A stretch of 64,000 nucleotides of DNA from Candidatus Bathyarchaeota archaeon (GTDB lineage Archaea; Thermoproteota; Bathyarchaeia; Bathyarchaeales; Bathycorpusculaceae). The translations under genes and the position numbers were made by a program. The stretch covers positions 2,464,001 to 2,528,000 of the forward strand of contig OY969706.1 in assembly GCA_963702095.1 (NCBI GenBank), written 5' to 3'. The notes under the pieces are model-generated. The model was not told where the DNA came from, ran no database searches, and was given only the letters and a program-made list of their open reading frames with translations. Of this stretch, positions 29,531 to 39,246 are shown piece by piece; within the stretch, counting starts at the first letter, position 1; every line of letters begins with the position of its first letter.

Positions 29531-30877
29531 TTACTCTTTTTTGAGTTTGGCTATAAAGAAGCCGTTGCAGTGGTGGATGTGTGGGTAGAGGCGTTGACAC
29601 TGTGTGTAGCCGCCTAGTCCGGGCATGCCGATTTTGGGTTCAATCTCCACCAGCTTGAATTCTGGGTGCGCTACTAGGAACTGCTCGATTACGCCCTCGT
29701 TCTCCTCCAACGTCACGCTGCACGTGGAGTATGCGAGGATGCCGCCGGCTTTGACTTTGTCGGCGCAGTTGTTGATCATCTGCAACTGGATTTCGCTCAT
29801 GTTCGCTATAGATCGTGGGCTCAGCCGCCACTTCGCAGAGGGCTGCTTGGCGAACACGCCTGAACTGGTACAGGGCGGATCCAACACCAGCAGGTCTGCT
29901 TCTCCGACCAGAGGCACCGAAACGCGTGCGTCTGCAACAAGCGGTTCTGCGATTGTGGCTCCCATGCGAGCCGTTTCCTTCTGCCAGGTGTGCATGCGCT
30001 TCGCGGAGAAATCCACCGAGACGATGCTGCCTTGGTTCTGCATAAGTTGGGCTATGAAGGTGGTTTTGGCACCGGGCGCCGCACAAACGTCGAAGACGGT
30101 GCTGCCGGGCTGTGGGTTTGCGGCTTGGGTGGCGAAGCAGCTGGCTTTGTCCTGCACGTAGAACCAGCCGTCTTTGAGGCTTGGCGACGTGTTGAGGGGG
30201 GCTTTGAACTCCAGCACTTTGTAGGTGTACACTAAAGGCTCCACCCTTTCGAGTTTAACACCTTCACCGTGAAGCCTCTGCAGAATTTCCTCTTCCGACG
30301 CCGCTAAAGTGTTGAGGCGGATGTAGGTGGGCGGGGGATTGAGGCTGCCCTGCAAGAATGCGATTGCCTCGTCTTTGCCGAAAAGTTTGATGCAGTACTC
30401 CACAAACCACTTGGGATGGAAAGTTTCTAAGCCGATTGTCTCAGCTTCATTCGCCGTCTCCATGATGAATGATAACGGTTTAGTTAACAGGAAACCAAGG
30501 TATGGCTCGATTTCCCGCATGACTTCCCAGCCTAAGATGGCTCGGCCTAAACTTGCGATGGAACTTGCTTCTTTTAGATTATATTTCCCCCAGTTTTTGG
30601 CAACACGGGTCTGATAAACGTAGAGGCGCAGAAAAGATTGGATGCCAAGGTCGTATTCACCGATTTTTTTGGGGGCAACCACAGTATCGACCAGTTTGTC
30701 GATGAGATTCTTTCGCCGTGTGGTTTCTACGACTAAGCCGTATGCGTAGCGGATAGCGCTTGGGTCGTTGATACCCAGTTGCTTAACAGTCCTTGCTAAT
30801 GCTGAGCGCTCGTTGAGGCGGCGCATTTCTATCCAACTGAGAGTTTCTATGGCGATTGTCCAAGCTTCCCGCAACAA
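29531..30877 (-). CDS. RsmB/NOL1/NOP2 RNA (cytosine-C5)-methyltransferase
   Basis: QDKAS, DVCAAPGAKT, LDPPCTSSG, YSTCS...EENE, GFFIAKL. Confidence 0.93.
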   Translation of the reverse strand: MLREAWTIAIETLSWIEMRRLNERSALARTVKQLGINDPSAIRYAYGLVVETTRRKNLIDKLVDTVVAPKKIGEYDLGIQSFLRLYVYQTRVAKNWGKYNLKEASSIASLGRAILGWEVMREIEPYLGFLLTKPLSFIMETANEAETIGLETFHPKWFVEYCIKLFGKDEAIAFLQGSLNPPPTYIRLNTLAASEEEILQRLHGEGVKLERVEPLVYTYKVLEFKAPLNTSPSLKDGWFYVQDKASCFATQAANPQPGSTVFDVCAAPGAKTTFIAQLMQNQGSIVSVDFSAKRMHTWQKETARMGATIAEPLVADARVSVPLVGEADLLVLDPPCTSSGVFAKQPSAKWRLSPRSIANMSEIQLQMINNCADKVKAGGILAYSTCSVTLEENEGVIEQFLVAHPEFKLVEIEPKIGMPGLGGYTQCQRLYPHIHHCNGFFIAKLKKE

Positions 30878-30938
30878 AGATTTTCACAACACCAAACCAA
30901 ATGCATCGCCCTAAATAAGGGATTCAACGTGGGCTACT

Positions 30939-30972
30939 GTTACTGCATGGTATCAGCCACATATCTTTATCA
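30939..30972 (+). promoter_or_regulatory. Putative palindromic operator plus TATA-like box of the gsiB/KGG-like gene
   Basis: GTTACT-N10-AGCCAC-N6-TTATCA. Confidence 0.55.
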
Positions 30973-31037
30973 AGTTTTCATTTGTGCTATAGGTTCATTG
31001 TGTACTTTGGCAAGCTCCAACAATGGAGGTGACGTGT

Positions 31038-31172
31038 TTGTCGAAAAGGCGAAATGAAGACATGGAGAAGGGAAAGATGACAGTGCAGGAAGCAGGCAGA
31101 AAAGGCGGTGCAAAAGGCGGTCCCCGTGTCCGTGAACTCATCGAAGAAGGCAAAGAACACGAAGAAGAATAG
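31038..31172 (+). CDS. GsiB/KGG (Em/LEA-like) hydrophilic stress microprotein (44 aa; not in ORF track)
   Basis: GGAGGTGA upstream of TTG; MSKRRNEDMEKGKMTVQEAGRKGGAKGGPRVRELIEEGKEHEEE carries the MTVxEAGRKGG signature. Confidence 0.82.
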   Translation: MSKRRNEDMEKGKMTVQEAGRKGGAKGGPRVRELIEEGKEHEEE

Positions 31173-31248
31173 TGCGTAAGACAATAGTGCGCACACAGCA
31201 GTTTAAGCGTCTTTGCCCCTTTTTCTTGCTAACAGAGGTATATTGAAG

Positions 31249-31425
31249 GTGAGTCAAATAGTCAAGCGTAGAAGCACGCCCCAAACCCGTGCTGGACAAT
31301 ACATGTGCCCCCAATGCGGAAAAGTCTTTGACACCAAAACAGAAGTCGACAGTCACATACGCAAAAGCCACAAACCCAAAATAAAATCGGTGCACGACAG
31401 CCTAAGCGGCATCTACACCGAGTAG
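31249..31425 (+). CDS. Small C2H2 zinc-finger protein
   Basis: YMCPQCGKVFDTKTEVDSHIRKSH fits CxxC-x12-H-x4-H. Confidence 0.75.
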   Translation: MSQIVKRRSTPQTRAGQYMCPQCGKVFDTKTEVDSHIRKSHKPKIKSVHDSLSGIYTE

Positions 31426-31538
31426 AAAACCAGTAATTAAGCAGTTTTTGCTCTTTTAAGCCTCATTTGATCCTTTGGTTTTTTGTCACTAAACATTTTA
31501 GTCTCTATGCACCATACAGAGGCTAAGGTAGAGAAGGG

Positions 31539-34293
31539 ATGGCGAGCACACTTGACAAATGGTTTAGTCAACCAGCTAAACCTCCAAAGGTCTTAGCAGA
31601 GGCTAAAGCGCAAGCGCCACCCACAGTTCAACCCCAAGATGCGGCAGTCGCCCCAGCGACTAAACCTAAAATAAGAATACGCCAACCATACCCGCCCATA
31701 GCTCCACTAAACCTGCCCCCCTCATACTTTGTGTCCGCCACATACGATGGCAAACAGAGGAAGGCGGTCATTAAACTCTACGAACCTGAATTGGGACAGA
31801 TTTATTTCTGGTATGACAACACCGAGCACCTGCCATACTGCCTTACAAGCATCGCTAAAGAGGAACTGGAGCTTTTTGATCGGGTAATGAGTCACCCGGG
31901 CTTTGACCACTTTGAATCAGAGAAAAGATTGGACCCCCTAAACGATAAAGAAATTGAAATAACCAAAATCGTCTGCAAAGACCCCCTTGCCATCGGCGGC
32001 AGACCAGGCGGCACCATAAGAGACATCATTCCTGAAGATTTCCCCAAAGTCTTCGGCACAAACATCCAAGATGCAGGGGCAAAAATCTGGGAATCCAAAA
32101 TCAAGTATTACCAATCCTACATCTATGACCGCGGGCTTCTTCCAGGAATGATTTACGAGGTTAAAGACGGCAACCTGATGCCAGTTGTGGTGGATTCTGC
32201 GGCTGAGAACCTCACAAAAATCCGTGGCCTATTCAAAGACTGCACCGAAGAGGAGCGGGAATACGCGGAGATGTGGGCTCAACTGCTCGAGTACCCTGCG
32301 CCCCAGTTTCGCCGAGCAGCCATCGACATCGAAGTGTACTCGCCACTGGCTAACCGTGTGCCAGACGCACGCGAAGGCGCCTGCCCAGTCATCGCCTGCT
32401 CAATCTATGGCAGCGACGGCGACAAAAAAGTCTTGGTCCTCAAACGCGAAGGCATGATAGACGGCGACTCCCAGTTAACTAAGGATATTGAAGTGGAATA
32501 CTGCGACACAGAAGAGGAGTTGCTGCGCAAAATCTTCGACGTCCTAAACGATTACCCCTTCATCTTAACTTTTAACGGCGACGACTTTGACCTGCGCTAC
32601 CTCGCCCACCGCGCCTACAACCTTGGCTTAACCAAAAAAGACGTGCCCATAGAAATCGGCAAACGCGTCTGCCTTCTGCGCTACGGAATACATATCGACC
32701 TTTACAAGTTCTTTTTCAACCGCAGTGTGCAGATTTACGCTTACGGCGGAAAATACAAAGACGTTAGCCTTGACGACGTTGGCTGCGCGTTGATTGGCAC
32801 TCCGAAAATCCATTTGGAGAAGGATTTTGGCGACCTTAACTACAGTGAACTCGCGGCTTACTGCCTCCGAGACAGCGAAATCACCTATAAACTCACCAGC
32901 CACGACAACGACTCAGCGATGAAGTTGATTTTGGTGCTTGCCAGAATCGCCAGCATGCCCATGGAGGACGTGAGCCGACAGGGCGTAAGCCGATGGATAC
33001 GCAATTTCATGCACCGCGAACACCGCAAACGAGGCATGCTCATCCCAAACGCCGAGGACATCTTGACCAAGAAGGGCAAAACCAGCACAACCGCTGTCAT
33101 CAAGGGCAAAAAGTACAAGGGCGCCATAGTCGTCGAACCCATACCAGGCGTCCACTTCAACGTCGCCGTCATGGACTTTCCAAGCCTGTACCCAAGCATC
33201 ATCAAGGTCTGGAACCTCGGATACCAATCCATCTGCTGCAACCACCCGGGCTGCAAGAGCAAAAAACCCATCCCCGACACCCAGCACTGGGTTTGCACAG
33301 AGAAACGTGCGCTTGAAAGCCTCCTCATCGGTTCGCTACGGGATTTGCGTGTGCGGTGGTACAAGAGTCGAGCCAAAGACAAGACACTGCCTCCTGAGTT
33401 GCGCAGCTGGTACAGCATCACTCAGGGCGCACTCAAAGTTATCTTAAACGCCAGTTACGGCGTGTTTGGAGCCGACAGCTTTGACCTCTACTGCCCGCCC
33501 GTCGCCGAAGCCACAGCCGCCATACGCCGCTACAGCATCACCCAAATCCTCAAGCACGCCGAAGAAGTCGGCATCACAGTTCTCTACGGCGATACCGACA
33601 GCGTCTTCCTCAAAAACCCTACCAGAGAACAAATTGACGACGTTATCCACTACACCGAACACGAACTGGGCATGGGCATCGACATGGAGAAAACCTACCG
33701 CTATGCCGTTTTTAGCAGCCGAAAAAAGAACTACCTAGGCGTCCTCGAAGACGGCACCGTAGACGTTAAAGGGTTAACTGGAAAAAAGAAGCATATCCCA
33801 CTCTTCATCAAAGACGCTTTTAACCAGATGAAGGGGCGTCTCGCGCAGGTTAAGAACCCTGAGGACTTCCAGAAAGCCCGAAAAGACATCGCCAACATTG
33901 TCCGCGAACGCTACAACACGCTGAAGCGCCGGGAATGGACAGATAACAGCGCACTCGCCTTTCACATGGTATTGGGCGATGAGTTGGCAAGTTACACAAA
34001 GACTACTCCTCAACATGTAAAAGCAGCTAGAATCTTGCAGAGCAACGGAAAAGAAATCCGCGCGGGCGACCTTATCAGTTTCGTGAAAGTCATGAAGTCA
34101 GGGTCGTCACGGGGGGGTCCTGAAGATATTTCTGGCGTTAAACCTGTCGAGTTGGCTTCGCGCAACGAAATAGACGTTGAAAAATACGTTGCCTATCTGC
34201 AGGCAACCTTTGACCAAGTGCTGGACGCGTTAGGCTTGAGTTTCGAGGAAATCATCGGTTTAACCAGGCTCTGAAAGCTTCTTGGGTGCATAA
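31539..34293 (+). CDS. polB1: Family B DNA polymerase, PolB1 type (extra base at ~34272 truncates the last residues)
   Basis: DIEV exonuclease I, FNGDDFD, DFPSLYPS, KVILNASYGVFG, YGDTDS, KKNY; N-terminal YDGKQRKA..KLYEP and KDPLAIGG are PolB1-like. Removing one T gives TRLESFLGA*. Confidence 0.95.
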
Positions 34294-34627
34294 CGGCGCC
34301 AGTCTTACACGACATCAATCGCATGGAGACCAAATCGGCGTTTTGTTTTTTCTAGTTTAAGAAGAAGAGAAAGTCGCCCTTACTCATCATCTTCTTAGGG
34401 ACTTGGAAGGCGGTTGCTTTTTCGGTTTACGTGTTGGGGCATATTGCAAGCTGGTTGAGGCGTTTTCCACAAGCAGAACAATAAATTTAGGCTTTTTTGG
34501 AAAAGTTTTAGCAAGAAGAACGTAAAAACCCGACTGAAAGGTATGGTTGATTTAATGGTAGGAATTAAAGTTAAGGAAGAACTGAATCGACCATTCTGCT
34601 TATAGGTCAATCCAATCTTCAGCAGTT

Positions 34628-35413
34628 TTAGCCTTTTTTGATTATATTTTGGAATCGGGTGTTGCTTATTGGGTGGTGGCTGATGATTTTGCCGTCGTTG
34701 ATTATGCAGAAGGTTCCGAAAGCACATGGCGACTGCTGAGCCATCTGTGCGTCTTTCAAATCCACAAGGTTCACATCAAGCCCCATTTCTTTGGCTGTTT
34801 CGATGATTTCCTCAACGTTTTTGACTGAGTAGGGACATTGGGGAGAGCGAATAATGGTCAATCCTTCCCTGTAGCCATTGAGGGGTGGAATGGTGAATTT
34901 TGGGTTGGCGGCGTCTGGGTTGAATTTGAGGGCTAAAAGTTCAAAGTCCGGTTTAGCTGTGTCGACAACGGCAAAGCCTTTTTTGAGGAAAATCTCCTTT
35001 TTTGCCATGAAGGGGCCTTTTCGAGTGACTACGGCTACGCCCTGCATGCCTACGTCTTTAGCCTCTTTTATACATACATCAAGCATGGCTGAAGCGTAGC
35101 CTTTGCCTTTGAACTGGCTTTTGAAGCCTACGAATATGCAGTGAATGAACATGTAATCGTCCACTTGTACTGGGCGATGCGCGTACTTGCCGGGGATGTA
35201 TTCGAGCATGCCCTGGTAGCCGCCTGTTTTAGAAATAAGCGCCTTAATCCTAAGTCCCTTGGGATAATACTCTTTGAACCACTCTATTTTCCGCCTAAGC
35301 TCCAGATGCTTCTCTACATCCTTATACCCGCAGACGCCATAGTCAGCGATGTTTGCTGGAGTCAGGTCGATTATGGTTGTATCATTGTTCTCTGCCAAAA
35401 GCAACTTCCTCAC
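34628..35413 (-). CDS. GNAT acetyltransferase with YoaP-like C-terminal domain
   Basis: LEYIPG.YAHRPV, FIHCIFV, FKGKGY, SPQCPY, AQQSPCAFGTF.I..DGK. Confidence 0.82.
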   Translation of the reverse strand: MRKLLLAENNDTTIIDLTPANIADYGVCGYKDVEKHLELRRKIEWFKEYYPKGLRIKALISKTGGYQGMLEYIPGKYAHRPVQVDDYMFIHCIFVGFKSQFKGKGYASAMLDVCIKEAKDVGMQGVAVVTRKGPFMAKKEIFLKKGFAVVDTAKPDFELLALKFNPDAANPKFTIPPLNGYREGLTIIRSPQCPYSVKNVEEIIETAKEMGLDVNLVDLKDAQMAQQSPCAFGTFCIINDGKIISHHPISNTRFQNIIKKG

Positions 35414-35465
35414 TGGAATTAGTGGGACTTGCGTGTTTAAGCCTTTAGAGTATTAGGCACCGCTT

Positions 35466-36329
35466 CTAGGAGAACAGCTGAATAAGTAAACCCAGCAAAG
35501 TGAATAATGCCACTATACAGGAGATGATGATTACGACTCGGCGTTCAGTTAAGGGTCGATGGTAAACAATTGTTGTTACGAGGCTCTTGCGGCTATCCGA
35601 GCACAGTTTCTTTCCGTCGAATGTGACGGCGGCTTTTTTGCGGACAAAAAACACTGATAGCAAGATGATTGAGGAGTTGAATATGAAGGGTAACATCGAA
35701 AACAGCAGGTTCACTTTCATATCGGAGATAACGGCAAAGGAGGCTATGGTCATGCCGATGGCAAACGACCCCGTGTTGCCCACAAAGATTTTGCCGGACA
35801 CGTTTAAGGCTGCGAGCACCAGCCAGAACAGTAGGGGTCCCAGCATCAGTAGCCAGTTGGGTGAGAACACCATTAAGCCAGCGATGACTATGGCGGGGCA
35901 AACTGTTTCAAGCCCGTTTAATCCGCCGAGTTGATTTACCGTGTTAGTTACAATCATGACAATGAGCGGGATTATGATGTAGAAGTAGGCTATGCCGAAG
36001 TCTATAGCTCCTACAAACGGGAGCGTTATGGAAGTTCTTGCACCCACAGTCTGCGCATAATAGATTAGGGGTAACGCAGCGATTAGGGGCATGAAGGCTT
36101 TGTAACGCCATTTCAAATCGATCCAGTCATCCATCATACCCATGAAGCCGCCGAAGAGGATACATGCGGCTAAGGTAAAAGCTGCAGATACTGGTTCAGG
36201 GTTAGAATTTTTTTGTAAGAAATAGACTAAAAAGAGGTAGACGGTGGTGAATAGGACGTAAAAAACGCCTAAACCGTTGGGGATTAAAGGTTTGCCGACT
36301 TTGTGTTGGTCGGGAACCCTCGGGAACAC
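35466..36329 (-). CDS. aglH: UDP-GlcNAc:dolichyl-phosphate GlcNAc-1-phosphotransferase (AglH/MraY family)
   Basis: D.HK..KP..P..LG, GMMDD, NTVNQLGGLNGLE, KIFVGNTGS; directly downstream of aglB. Confidence 0.85.
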   Translation of the reverse strand: MFPRVPDQHKVGKPLIPNGLGVFYVLFTTVYLFLVYFLQKNSNPEPVSAAFTLAACILFGGFMGMMDDWIDLKWRYKAFMPLIAALPLIYYAQTVGARTSITLPFVGAIDFGIAYFYIIIPLIVMIVTNTVNQLGGLNGLETVCPAIVIAGLMVFSPNWLLMLGPLLFWLVLAALNVSGKIFVGNTGSFAIGMTIASFAVISDMKVNLLFSMLPFIFNSSIILLSVFFVRKKAAVTFDGKKLCSDSRKSLVTTIVYHRPLTERRVVIIISCIVALFTLLGLLIQLFS

Positions 36330-36342
36330 TGTAGCCGCTTCC

Positions 36343-38635
36343 TTATGAGGGCGGGGTTATTCCGTTGTCTGCGTCGTATGCTGCCCAGTCGATGGAGTAG
36401 ATGGCGACAATCGGTACTAGTCCGCCGTACTGTGTTGGCGATATGTTGAGACCTGCGAAGTATGCCATGTGGAAGTATGTTGGCACAGTGGCTTGTTCTG
36501 AGGGCTGGACTGTGTATGAACCTTGTTGTGTGATAACTGTGCTGTACAATACCAATGCATAGTTCAGTAGTTCTTCTACAGTGCAGTTTAAGCCACGGTC
36601 GTTCCATTGCCACTGGTTAGTCGAGGTACTAGTGGAGCCAAAGGATGTTTCATTATACCACATGTCGTCTGCGCTGATGAAGCCTTGGTTGATGAATCTT
36701 TGCCGGTCTTCGCCTGAAATCCTTGCCATCCACATCCACTTGCCCTCGTCTCCGTATCCAACGGGATACGCGGTAAATGTGTTGCTGCTGGTACTCGACT
36801 GTGACATTCCAATGACTAGGAAGACAGCCATGTATTTAACGCGGTCCTGTCCGTAGGTGGAGAGCATAGCTAAGGTTTGATTCTCAGTACCCATGAATGC
36901 GAAACCCAAGTTTTCTATTTGCGTACCGTTGACGGTGGTGTTGTCTGCGATGCTTGTGACGTTTCCTATGTCACTTAACCAGTTGCCGTAGTCCCACCAC
37001 ATTGCCACTACATCTGTTGATTGAGCGTTATCTCTTAGCCAGCCTAGGGCATCGGTCCATGCGGTGACCGGCGCGGTTAGGCTACTTCCGCCTAGCGGGA
37101 GGCTTGAGGCGCTGATTGCTGTGGGAGTGTAGGCTTGCGAGATGGTTCTCGGCATGCCTGTGCCTGTTTGAGGCGAAAACGCCAGGTTTGAAACCAAGAG
37201 TATGAATATGACTAGGATTGCGATTCCACTGAATTCTTTGCTGACCCGTGGCAGTTTTCGTTTTGATTTCGCCAGCGTCTTTGAAGACTCTCTTAGCAGG
37301 TTAAAGAAGGGTTTTGTTGTTGTGATTATGCCTATGGCCGCGATGATTGCGAATGCCGGAGCAAAGATGACTAGGCAACCGAACCATTGAGGTGGCGAAG
37401 TACAGTGAAGTTGCCCCGAAGAGTAGCAGGAATATGTTTCGGTTAGTCGGTTTTTTAATGGTGAAGTAGAGACCGACGAGGAAGAACAGGACGCTAATGC
37501 CTAATTCGATGTAGATGTTGCCCCAAGCAGATATTCTCTGTTCAGCCACTGAGTCAATTAGAGGCGAAGACGCCCTGATGAAGGGGTCTAAGACAGTGAT
37601 GAATTTTCCTGTCAGGTTTTCTAGTCGACCAGTTAATGCTAAGACACCAAAGCCGCCTGCCGCTGCAGCTAAGGCAACTATGCCTATTGTGAGTTTGCTT
37701 TTTGCTGAGATATTGTTTCTGAGCAGCTCCGCCACTATCAACACCAGAAATATACCGGCGACTGGAAGAATTGCGCCCGACGTGATGTAGTTGAGGGATA
37801 TGTAGGGCACCTGCATACCTATGAAGAGGGCTAACCCGAAGGTTATGCTGTAGCTAATGAGCATTCTTGGGTTGTATCTTTTGAGGAGAACCAAGACAAA
37901 CACGAAGAGGGCCGCTAAATCGATTATGTAGTATGCTGCACCCCAACCCGCGATAAAGTATGCTAAGGATAAACCGGCGCCAACGGCATATAAAATAGAT
38001 GCTCTAAGTGATCGGTTGCCATCTAAAGTGCGCATGAATAGGAAAATGAACAAGACTAAGCCCAAGATACCGGGGATTTCTGTGTCATAAAAGCCCAGTG
38101 AGCTTCTCTGCACAAAAGAAGGTGCTAACGCAAGGAATAAGGCTGCGAATAAGCCGACTGCTTTTCCGCCCATGTCTTTACCTACAAAGTAAAGGATCAA
38201 GCATGATAGAGCTGCGATGGCTGCGGGAAGAATAGCGCAGAAAGTCATCAAATCTACATGACCGAAGACTGAGACGATTGCGTAGATTGCTGCTCCCGTC
38301 ATAGGCAGCGCTGGAAGTGAAGTGGACATGTCCAATCCGTTCGGGAACCACTTCATTGTGTTAATCCAGTGTGTTGGATAGTAGGGTGAAAGCAACCCGT
38401 TGTTTATCATGTGTTGGGTGATGCTGTACTGGTAGTAGGGGTCAAACTCGTTAAGGTAGGAGGTGCCGGATGCAAGGTTTTCCCAGCGTAGAGGTAGAAT
38501 GCGAACGGTGAAGGCTACAAAGAGTATTAAAACCAAAGCCGAAATGGCAAGGATGGTGCCGTGGCTTATATTTATGCCGAACCTGTCGAATCCTGAGAAG
38601 CTCTTGCCTAGTCTCTCCTTGATTGTTTCCCCCAA
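36343..38635 (-). CDS. aglB: Oligosaccharyltransferase AglB/STT3 (1-nt frameshift at ~37375)
   Basis: EFDPY, RSSLGFYDTE, SVAEQ, WWDYG, ADNTT, DEGKWMWM; removing one base joins ORFs 37301-38635 and 36343-37197. Confidence 0.93.
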
Positions 38636-39246
38636 CTTAAGCCATCTCTCTTTCCAATGTATATTCAGATTGTACTATTTTACACATTAGGGGTTTATTT
38701 ATGGCTTTCCAAAACTTATCGGCAGTATCTCTAATGATCACTATAGTTTAGATATGCATTTTTGCTTGACAATTATTGATTTCAGTATTCCTTACAAGAG
38801 GATTTTCTTATTTCCCCCCAACTTGCCCTTATACAGCCCCCAAATTATCGTGAAAAGAACAAAACCTGCCCCAATATGCATACGCAGTTTAACCCTGTTT
38901 TGGACAGACACTGCAATACCCAAAACCCACTTTTTAAATTCAACGTTTGTTTGCGGGTTTAACTTCTACCTCAAGGGGCAACAATGACAGTTTCCTGCCA
39001 CACTTTGGGCATTTTCCGCCATGCTGCTGGATAATTTCATCCGGCGGCGCTAAGCTCCAAACCTTCATATAAAACAAAACTACAACCGTGACAAATGACT
39101 CGTTGCGGCACCCACTTATCCCCCGATACTTACACGGATATGGGCTATTTATTGGTTGCTAAAAGACCATAGGTTAACGTTTACTGCAGAGCGTCTGTAA
39201 AGCTTTTAATGAACAAAGGCTTCAGGATGAATAGGTTTGGAACCGA

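Noticed and set aside
33520-33530. PolB motif reads AIRR instead of the conserved AIGR
   Set aside because: It is a single substitution in an error-prone assembly and cannot be distinguished from a sequencing error.
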